A stretch of DNA of 64,000 bases from NCBI RefSeq assembly GCF_009914755.1, contig NC_060925.1. One strand, written 5' to 3'. Numbering within the stretch: the stretch's first letter is position 1; each line of letters begins with the position of its first letter. The notes beneath the pieces are model-generated. The model was given only the letters and a program-made list of their open reading frames with translations. It searched no databases and was not told where the DNA came from. Both the position numbers and the translations under genes were made by a program. This DNA comes from the human T2T-CHM13v2.0 reference genome, Homo sapiens. Shown here piece after piece: positions 54,836 to 64,000 of this stretch.

Positions 54836-54986
54836 TTTTTTCTTATTTTAGGGACAGGGTCTTTCTATGTTGCTCAGGCTGGACTTAAACTCCTGGGCTC
54901 AAGTGATCCTCCTGCCTGCCTCAGCCCCTCTTCCCTAACGCCTGCCTCAGGAGCTGGGACTACAGGTACGAGCCACTGGGCCCAGC
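54836..54986 (-). mobile_element. FLAM monomer inside MLT1
   Basis: gacagggtctttctatgttgctcaggctgg..gagccactgggcccagc. Confidence 0.8.
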
Positions 54987-55758
54987 TACAGATGTGATAT
55001 CTGAAATGTGTTCTCCATGGGTCTTACTGGACTACACTCAAGGTGTCAGCAGGACTGCATTCCTTTCTGGAGGCTCAAGAGGGGAGAATCTGTTTCCTTG
55101 AGCATTCAGATTGTTGGTGGAATTCAGTTCTCTGTGATTGTAGGACTGAGGTCCCTATTTCCTTGCTGACATCAGCGGGGTCATTCCCAGCTTCTAGAGG
55201 CCACCCCCGCATTCCCTGACTCTAGCCTCTTTCTCCATCTTCAAAGCGAGCAACAGTGAGTGGAGTCCCTCTCATGATTTGAATCTCTCCTGTCTTCTCA
55301 TCTCTCTGACATCAGCCAGTTCTCTACTTTTAAGAGCTCATAGATTGTGCCCTCCTAGTTAATTCTGGATAATTGCCCCATCTTGAGATCTATAACCTTA
55401 ACCACATCTGCAAAGCACCCTTTGTTGTATTACGTAAAGGGTTCCAGGGACCAGGGCATGGACATCTCTGGGGGCTGTTATTTGGCCTACCACATCTCAG
55501 AACACTATACGGAAGAGACTTTACCCGAAACATGAGCACACGCACATCTGGGGCCGGCCCTCCTGATTGTGGCTGTGGCACTGAAGAATTTGCAGCAGGT
55601 AATGCAAAGCATTAGCAGACCTAGAGTGTGCTCTTTGTCTTACATCTTGGGTGTGAAACAATTCATTGCTGGTGTTAGAAAGCAGATTCCACTGAGCCAG
55701 GAGAAACATGAGGAAGCCACCAAAGCAGTCCCATGTATGTTTTTAAAAAGTTGCCATA

Positions 55759-56059
55759 GGGCCCGGCACGGTGGCTCACGCCTGGAATGCCAGCACTTTG
55801 GGAGGCCAAAGCAGGTGGATCACTTGAGGCTAGGATTTCAAGACCAGCCTGGTCAACATGATAAAACCCTGTCTCTACTAAAAATACAAAAATTTGCTGG
55901 GCATGATGGCATGCACCTGTAATCCCAGCTACTCAGGAGGCTGAGGCAGGAGAATTGCTTGAATCCGGGAGATGGAGGTTGCAGTGAGCGAGATTGCGTC
56001 ACTGCACTCCAGCCTGGGCAACAGAGTGAGACTCTGCCTCAAAAAAAAAAAAAAAAAAA
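55759..56059 (+). mobile_element. AluS inserted in the EEF1A1 pseudogene
   Basis: Full dimer; TSD aaaaagttgccata / aaaaagttaccata. Confidence 0.95.
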
Positions 56060-57084
56060 GTTACCATAACCCACACAGTAGCATTGGCATCACTTTCAGG
56101 TGACAAAATGCGGGAGCTGTGTGCTAACATCACCATGAGAATGCTGGTGCTGTGGGAGTGCACCACCGACTGCGTGAAACCGACTGCGTGAAACCGACAG
56201 GACAGAGGTGTCCACTCCTCCAGGACAATTGGTGCTGTCCCCATGGGTCAAGTGGTGACTGGTACTCTAGGTGCAGATCTGGTGGTCACTTTTTCCAAGT
56301 CAAAACAACGACCGAGGCAACTTCTATTGAAATGCTTTGCTTACAGCAAAGTTCTGCCTCATGACAGCATAGACTTCAGCATCAGAAACCTGTCCATCAG
56401 CGATGTTCATTGCAGAAGGAATGGCTTCTCCCTGCTGTGGAAGCTTCCAACTTTGCTGCATAGATGAGAACCCTGGGCCATCCAGGCCTAATCAGAGTTG
56501 GCCAACCCCCAGGCTGAGTGGCCACACTGCTCCGTTGTTTGCAAGGAGAAGTTTGATGTGGCAAGAAGCTGGAAAAGGCACAACATCTGGAAGTCTGGTG
56601 ATGATATTGCAGTTGGTGTGGTTCCTGCCAGGGTCACAAGTATAAAGAGCTTCTCAGACCTGAGATAGTTTTGCTGTCAAGATATGACAGAGTCTGCAGC
56701 TGTGGGTGTCATGAAGACAGTTAACAAGAAGGCTGATGGAGGCAGCAAGACAAAATGTCCATCCAGAAATCTGAGGTTAAAAGAATATTCCATCCCACAT
56801 CTGTGCCCTAGTCTCAATCTGACCCAGAATTGACTCGGCACCATTTGTCCTGATGGACAATTTGAGTCATTTGTGTTCAAGGGTAAAACATCGGCTACTG
56901 GTACAATGGACCATAAAAGCTTCAAAAGGAAAAGAATGTTTTGTGGACTAGTTGTTTCACAGTAATATTAAATTTTTAGATTTCAAAATAGATGTTTTAA
57001 AATGGAAACAACGTGACCAAAAATTGGCCTCAGAATTTTCAGCCCATTAAAACAAAATTTAATGTGGAAAAAAATTAAAAAGAA

Positions 57085-58320
57085 ATACTGTAGGATAAAG
57101 ATGAGAAAATCTTCTAGGAACTGGAACAAAAATACAAAGGCATTTTAAAAATAGGAGAAAAAGACAAAATTAAATGGTCTATCCACAAGGCCCAACATCC
57201 TACTAAAAGGAATTCCAAGTGAGAACGAGGGAAATGGAGGGAAGAGTTTGTCAAAGATGTCATTTAAGTAAAAATTTCAGAAATGAAAGACACAAGGCCT
57301 CAGGGTGTATCTACCACATGCCAGCACACGATGAGTGCAAAACACCAGCAGCAAGGTATGTCAGCATGTGTTCTCAGAGGCTGAGATAAAAAGATTTAAA
57401 AATGCTCCACAGAGGAAAACGTAGCTCATATACAGAGAATGAAAATTCAAATGCTATTGGACTTTTCAACAGTCCTGTTGGAAGCTCGGAAACTGAGCAG
57501 CAGGCCTTCAAATTTCTGAGGGAAAATGACATCTATCCTAGGATTCTATATGCAGTTAACTGGGTATAGTCAGATGGCACGACAAAGACAATTTCAGACA
57601 GGCAAGGTCTAAAAAACATGTATTTTCCATGCACACTTCTTAATAAACTTAATCAAAAGAAGAAATAAATTGAGAAAAATGATTTGGGATTCAGATCCCA
57701 CACAGGAGAGAGTCACAGGGAGTTCCCAGGTTGTGCTGGGTGGAGCCCCAGGTGTGTGGGCCAGGCCTGGGGAACAGCCTGTGCAGGTGGGTCAAGAAGA
57801 TAGGAGGCTTCAGGAGGGATGTTTCCAAGAAAAAAAAAAAAGGTGTATTATCTGATACCTTTGTCTATATTTTATTCAGAGGAATTTTGTAGCTTTGTTT
57901 GAAGAATTTGATTAGGAATAAGTGACAGGTACATAGAAAACTGCACAAACGAAAAGAACATACTATCTCTGGAAAAACAATGTTGTGCTAGTAACAAAAT
58001 GTATTTATAGTATATTATGTGGCTCAGCCTTGAGCCATATTCACATGGTTGTAAATAAAGTAAACATTACATATTGATTGAGCCAAAACTTGTGACATAA
58101 CTACTTTAAGAGGATGGGAGTGAGGAAGTACAGGCAGTGGGTGGGAAGGGGGATATGTTGATGTAAGAGCTGGATTCCAATCTTATGTAATAGGAAGTCA
58201 GTAGATGATGCTTAAAATTATAAAATGAAGAAAAAACCCACAACCATATAAGTGTATCATTTAAAAATACAAAGGAAAATTCCTAAGAAAATTCCTAAAA
58301 ATTCCAAAGAAAAGCTAAAA
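57085..58320 (+). mobile_element. HAL1/L1M ORF1-like relic
   Basis: cccaacatcctactaaaaggaattcca..gaaatggagggaaga..gacttttcaacag..ggaagct..gccttcaaatttctgagggaaaatga..cctaggattctata; 3' boundary approximate. Confidence 0.65.
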
Positions 58321-58322
58321 GA

Positions 58323-58620
58323 GGCCAGATGTGGTGGCTCACAACTATAATCTCAGCACTTCAGGAGGCTGAGATGGGAGGATCACTTGAGGCCAGGAGT
58401 TCAAGACAGCCTGGGCAACATGGTGAGACACTCCCTCCCCCCTCCCCCTGCCCTGGTCTCTAAAAAAAAAAATTAGCTGAGAATGGTGGCACGTGCCAAT
58501 AGTCATAGAGGCTGAAGCAAGAGGATTGCTTGAACCCAGGAATGAGCTGTTTTCACACCACTGCACTCCAACCTGGGCAACAGACTGAGACTCTGTCTCC
58601 AAAACAAAACAACACAAAAG
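58323..58620 (+). mobile_element. AluJ
   Basis: Diverged dimer with internal C-rich expansion. Confidence 0.88.
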
Positions 58621-58728
58621 AGTCACCTCTGGGGGTTGGAATTCAGGGTAGAGGAAACGGTGTCAGGAAACTTCTTTTTTAATTTCCAGGACTTGTGGTA
58701 TATTTGAATGTAAAAACCTTTATGTAAA

Positions 58729-58870
58729 GCCGGGCTTGGTGGAGTGTTCCTTTAGTCTCAGCTACTCAGGAGGCTGAGGCAAGAGGATTCCTTGATCCCA
58801 GGAGTTCGAGACCAATCTGGGCAACATAGCATGACCACTGCCCACCCCTGCCTTCTGGCCCCATCTCATT
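58729..58870 (+). mobile_element. FLAM monomer
   Basis: gccgggcttggtgg..tagtctcagctactcaggaggctgaggc..gttcgagaccaatctgggcaacatagc. Confidence 0.8.
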
Positions 58871-59987
58871 TTTTTAAGAGAAAAAAATTTCAAAAAACCT
58901 TTATATATGTATTTCTCTGACAAAAATATAACTTAAAAAATTTCAAGGAACATTAAACTTTGCCTGCTATTATAGCAGTTATGTCTCAATACCATAATGT
59001 AGGTCAGACTTGCATAATGCATGGCTGCTGGTGGCATTACACAGCAGATGCATGACTCTCCCTGGGACAGCCAAGGGTAAGGCCAAACAGAGCTGGCTCA
59101 TGCTTTCCTTCCAGGTTTCCCCATGGACTTCCTTGAGTCCACTTTTTTCTTCTCTCAGAATCACAGGGTTACTGAGAAAGAGTTGCTTAGATATGTATTG
59201 AGAGCCAAAAGTGACATATACTGAGGTCATTAATAATGTAGGGTGATTATCTGGAAAATTCTGAATAATTCAGCTAAAAACATGCAATATTTTAATGGCA
59301 GGGGCAGTTATTTGAATTGAATTTCCTGATTTTGGTCTCCACCCTAATCAAATTTACTAGACATCACTGGACATTGACTTCTCCCTGCCTGGTAGCCCAG
59401 TTTGAGAGCTTTGAGATAGAGTTAGCGCCCAACCCAGCTGGAATCCCCACATAGATTGACTTGAGTCCCTTTTGCTGATCTTAGAACTCACACTATCCAC
59501 ATGAGCATCTTTCTGAGGCCATCCTTTCCCTCTCTGTTGTTCCCCTGCTTTAAGCTCTATGCTAAGGGGCTGTCTGTATGAAGTTAGGAATCAGAATTCT
59601 GTGTATTTGCAGACACTGGAGGCTGACCCAAGCCAGGCTACCCACCTGATCCAGCTTTCCTATATTTGTATGTGGCAGAATCTAGTTGTGATTTTAACTC
59701 CGTGATGAACTGTGTGACCTTGGGCAAGCCATTCAACCTCTCTCAGCTTTAGTTTCTTGTACTTATGTCATGGGGTTGTTGGAAAGATTAATTTGGGGTT
59801 TAACCTGGTATGTTAACTGCTCAAAAAATATGAGCCATTTTTGAACAGAAATAACTAGAGAAAGCCTCTGCAGTGACATTGAGGGGACAGTCTTATCTCA
59901 ATCAAGGCTTCGCTGGGCTTCTGAAGCATTTAGCACAAATCCTATCTGACATAAATTGGAGAAGTTGGTCCCTCTAAAATCTAGATT

Positions 59988-60125
59988 TTGTGGTTCTCAA
60001 ACTTCAGTAGGTGTAAGACACACTTGGAGAGGTTGTAAAATGCAGATTCCTTGGCTCTACTCCTAAGGGATCCTAATTCTGGAAGTCTGGAGTGTGGCCC
60101 CAGAATCTGCATTTTCACAAGCACT
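59988..60125. mobile_element. MER5A-like hAT-Charlie MITE
   Basis: gtggttctcaaactt..aaaatgcagattcc..ggccccagaatctgcatttt. Confidence 0.75.
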
Positions 60126-60379
60126 GGAGAAAAACCTAGGGCTTCGTCCATCCTATGGTGTTTCAAAAGATCTCCCCCTCCAGCCCCATGGGTAGAGAAT
60201 CAGGGTGGAGTCCAATTAGGGCGTGATTGGTGTCCAGGGAAGTGCTGAGCCCCCAGGGGACTAAGGTCCATGTTGGGTGGCCCACCTAAGGAGTAAGACA
60301 AAAGTAGGAACCAAAAGCACACAAAACCAAACAAATTGAATAATGAAGAATAGAAAATGAACAGAAATGAAGCAAGTCT

Positions 60380-60657
60380 TTAAAAAATAGAGACAGGATC
60401 TTGCTCTGTCACTCAGACTGAAGTGCAATGGCATGATCATACCTCACGGGTCTCAAACTCCTGGTCTCAAGCTATCCTCCTGAGTAGCTAAGACTACAGG
60501 TGTGTGTCACCATGCCTGACTAATTTACATTTTAAAAAATAGAAATGAGGTCTTGCTATGTTACCCAGGCTGGTCTCAAACTCCTGGCCTCAAGTGATCT
60601 TTGAGCCTCGGCCTCCCAAAGTGTTGGGTTTACAGGGATGAGCCACTGAGACTGACC
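60380..60657 (-). mobile_element. AluJ
   Basis: Diverged reverse dimer; TSD gaagcaagtcttt. Confidence 0.88.
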
Positions 60658-61732
60658 AGAAGCAAGTCTTTTTACATGGTTGCATGGGCATGTCAAATGC
60701 ACATAAAGGAATCAAGACAGAGTAAGATAGTTAAAAAACGACACAGGAGACAGGACTGTGAATGTCTGGTGTCCATAGCTCAGAATGTCCTGGAAAGAGG
60801 AGGGAAGGTGGGAAGAAGGGGATAGTAGATGACCTGATTCTGGGCCTTGGTGTCCCTATCTCATGGTACAGGACCCTGCCCTGGCGGGGGGGGGTCTCAT
60901 GACAAGTGCCTCCTTAACTGAGGAAGGTCTTGGGCAGCAGCTCGGCAGACATAAGCCCTGAATCTCATGCTATATTTCAAAATGGGAGGATTCTCCCAGG
61001 CAAATAAATAAGGGAGTTGTTAACATTGACAAGATGGCCCCATGCAGAGTCAGTTCCTCTCACAGGCTGCTTGTAGAATTAAACAAAAATAATAACCAAA
61101 TTACAGAGTCAAATTACAAAGAACAAAAAGTCTCTTTACCTACTGCTTCTGAAGTCTCCTTTCTCTTCTGTGTAAACTAATCTGATGAAATGAGCTGCTT
61201 TACTCGTTAAATATGTCAACTCCCTGGGGATGTATCCCGCCAGGGGCAGGCTGTGTAAGATCCAGCCTCTTCGTACCACCACTTCAGCTGCGATAAGAAG
61301 GTGCTTAACTTGACGGGTGAAATAGAGCGAGAACACTGGTGATAGTCACTGCTTAGTTCTAAGTGTGCTTCTGTGCAGTGATTTAAGCAGCACAGAAGAG
61401 GGGGAAGGGAGATTTAGATACATTTTATCTTTATCTTTAGTTCTGATAGGATATGGCTCACACATCCCAAACCCTAACCCTGCTTAATCTCCTTACTTGT
61501 GGGGAATTCAGCTACATCTAAATGTTTATGTGCTGCTGATGGTGGCAGGGGACATCTGTTTCAGAGGTACGTGCAGATCATCAGAAAATTATCTAATGAC
61601 TCAGTGTCTCCCGGTAGAGGAAAACATTGGTCTAATTAGAAATCCTGAGCCAGAGCTTAAGTTTCAGATAGAAGACAGCATCCAGGGACAAGGAGGCTTT
61701 GTAATTACTCCCAGAATTCTTTTACATAGGGT

Positions 61733-62855
61733 TGTGTGTGTGTGTGTGCGCACGTGTGTGGTACGATGTGTGTGTGGACTGTGTGTGTGTATGGTTTGTG
61801 TGTTTGTGTGGTCTGTGTGTGTGTGTGTGTGGTCTGTGTGTATGGTCTGTGTGTGTGGTGTGTGTGTGTGTGTGTGTCTGTGTTTATGTGTGGTCTGTAT
61901 GGTCTGTGTGTCTGTGTGTGGTCTCTATGTGTGTGTGTGTGATCTGTGTGATGTGTGTCTGTGTGCATGTGTGTGTATGTGTGGTCTGTGTGGTCTGTAT
62001 GGTCTGTGCGTATGGTTGTGTGTCTGGTCTGTGTGCATGGTCTGTGTGTGTGTAGTCGGTGTGTATGTGGTTTGTGTGTGATCTGTGTGGTCTGTGTGTG
62101 TAGTGTGTGTGTGTGTGTGTGTAGTCTGTGTGTATGGTCTGAGTGTGTGTAGTCTGTGTGTATGTGGTCTGTGTGGTCCGTGTATAGTGTGTGTGTATGT
62201 GGTCTGTGTGTATGGTCTGCATGTGTGTAGTCTGTGTGTATGTGGTCTGTGTGGTCTGTGTGTATGGTCTGCGTGTGTGTAGTCTGTGTATGTGGTCTGT
62301 GTGTGTAGTGTGTGTCTGTGTGTATGTGGTCTGTGTGTGCAGTGTGTGTGTGTGTCGTCTGTGTGTATGGTCTGTGTGTGTACATGGTCTGTGTGTGTGT
62401 GGTCTGTGTGTAGTGTGTGTGTGTGGTCTGTGTGTATGGTCCGGGTGTGTGTGTGGTCTGTATGTATGGTCTTTGTGTGTGTGTGGTCTGTGTGTGTAGT
62501 GTAGTGTGTGTGGTCCATGTGTGTGGTGTTTGTGGTGTGTGTCTGTGTGTGGGAGTATGTTTACGGAGTGTGGTGTATGTTTGCATGATGTGCCAATGTA
62601 GCATGTGGGGCATGTGTGTGGTGTGGTGTAGGTGTGTGTGATGCATGGTGTGTGTGTGTTGTTTGTGATGTGTGTGCGGCATGTGTGTGTGGTGTGTAGA
62701 GTATGCTGTGTGGGGTGTGTGTTTGTGATGTGTATGTGTTGTGTGCATGTGGGTGCATGTGTGTGTGGTGTGTAGAGTGTACTGTGTGGTGTGTGTGTGT
62801 GTGTGTGATGTGTATGTGTGGTGTGTGTGTGGGTGTGTGTGGGTGTGGTGTGTGG
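61733..62855 (+). repeat. ~1.1-kb TG-rich cryptic satellite/minisatellite
   Basis: (TG)n interspersed with recurring GGTCTG, TATG and TAGT units; more degenerate after ~62520. Confidence 0.97.
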
Positions 62856-64000
62856 GGAGAGGAGAGGTGTTGGAAGGTCACCTCCATAGGGATGATGCTG
62901 TGTTGTGATTCCTTTCAGAGCTCAACACTGAGTTGGCATTCAGCACCCTGGACTTTTGACTGTTGTTAGAGTCCAGGTGAGTCATCCAGCTTCAGAACAC
63001 AGTGACTGCTTCCAAGGTTCTGGGCCCCTTAAGGATCTATTTCCTAAGAGATGTGGTAGCTCAGTTCTGTCCTGCAGATAAAGGGTGGGAAGGAAGAAGG
63101 GAAAGGATTATACTTTTTCCCACTCCTTTTACCCCATAATGGGGAGGGGATGTGTGTGAGGGCCTCCTGCGTCTTGTTTTCCGCCTCTATTGAGTGGGTG
63201 AGGTCTTGCCTCCCTTTCTCGTGCAACTCTTTTAGTGGTTTACAACCTGCAGTCTCTCTGCTCCGTGTCCACAGAGCACAGGAAGCCAACAGCCAGGAGC
63301 AGCCTCTGGCATCAGAGGGAGTGGGTTCAAAGTCCAATTCTGCTACTTTCTAGCTGATAAATTGCTTAGCTCCCTGTCCATAAGTGGGCTTGATAGTAAG
63401 TGCTTATTACTTCCCAACGACGGGGAGATGCACACAAGCATCTAATGTGGTGGGTGGTACTAGATCGCCATGATTACCTCTGCAGCCACTTTTGGACGCT
63501 CGATGCAGCCACATTAGACACTGACCGAGGCCACTGCACACAGACCGGGTGCTGGGTATTGCGGGAACCAAGGAGCAAGCCAGCCAGTCCTGGGGCTCCG
63601 TCAGCATCTGGTCCACTGGAGAAGCAGATACATCTCTGGGCCTCATTATGGTCCATCTCTGCTTGGACTTTACATCCTCCACCACCTCACACTCAGCACA
63701 TTCCAAGCTGAGGATGTTGTAACCTCCCCAAGCCCGCTTCCCCCAGGCTTCCTGCTGTGTCATCAATATCTTCACTTTCCTAGGAACCCAGGCTCCACAT
63801 GTGGCCTCAGTAACCCCTCCTCTACTTCACACCTTCTGTACCATCGGGAGACCCCAGGGATTCAGCCTTTCATGGAGTGTCTCCCTGCCTGTCACAGTCC
63901 TCTTGCAACCCATCCTGCTGAAGATGTGATTTGTTTTAGCCTGGGGAAGAGCAGAGCTGCCTCCTGTGCCAGATAACCCTTGCTAACACATGGCTTTTAA

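Larger units (their letters stand above)
53411..55494 (-). mobile_element. MLT1 (ERVL-MaLR) solo LTR, interrupted by LTR12 and a FLAM
   Basis: Removing LTR12 rejoins tgtattattcgtctc-ctat-cacttctgtaacaaaataccac; typical MLT1 body; ends ggacatctctgggggctgttatttggcctaccaca. Confidence 0.8.
53282..57081 (+). pseudogene. Highly decayed EEF1A1 processed pseudogene in three pieces (~53282-53410, ~55495-55758, ~56060-57081)
   Basis: Colinear intron-less similarity to recalled EEF1A1 mRNA: tgagaccagcaagtact (ETSKY), agagacttt..aaacatga, LSYILGVKQFIAGV vs LAYTLGVKQLIVGV, ccatccaggcc, gaagtctggtgatg, gagcttctcagac, gtgggtgtcat..aagaaggctg, 3'UTR aatggaaacaac.tgaccaaaaatt, ATTAAA 57046-57051 and A-tail; many indels and stops. 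Confidence 0.9.

Noticed and set aside
53326-54997. Cluster of 60-180 aa ORFs
   Set aside because: They fall in the GC-rich LTR12 and adjoining repeats; no gag/pol/env, so it is a solo LTR
61466-61482. Telomere-like cccaaaccctaaccctg
   Set aside because: Only one perfect CCCTAA unit; expected by chance
61497-62969. Long His/Thr-rich and Cys/Val-rich ORFs (e.g. 61705..62748, 347 aa)
   Set aside because: Translations of the TG/CA satellite, open in several frames on both strands because the repeat rarely makes stop codons

Overview
Primate (very likely human, 1q42.13) genomic DNA containing one protein-coding gene, RHOU (Wrch-1). It has three coding exons on + (15650-15911, 17584-17642, 23196-23651) that splice into a 258-aa atypical Rho GTPase ending CCFV, a CpG-island promoter and a ~2.9-kb 3' UTR. 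The rest is mostly interspersed repeats (Alu/FLAM/FAM, L1, L2, MIR, HAL1-like, MLT1, LTR9-like, LTR12, Tigger2a, Zaphod/MER115-like, MER53, MER5A) and simple repeats. Nearly all other ORFs in the track are repeat or GC/low-complexity artefacts. Repeat subfamily names come from recalled consensus sequences, not a search. I found no demonstrable new biological system. The best leads are: (i) a very old, heavily decayed EEF1A1 processed pseudogene (~53282-57081) split by a nested MLT1>LTR12/FLAM stack and an Alu, with the LTR12 promoter pointing in sense at the pseudogene's surviving poly(A) signal; (ii) an isolated 34-bp near-perfect inverted repeat (41993-42079) of pre-miRNA size; (iii) a locally triplicated unit with invariant GATA-containing blocks 3-4.5 kb upstream of RHOU; (iv) signs of translational and 3'UTR control of RHOU.
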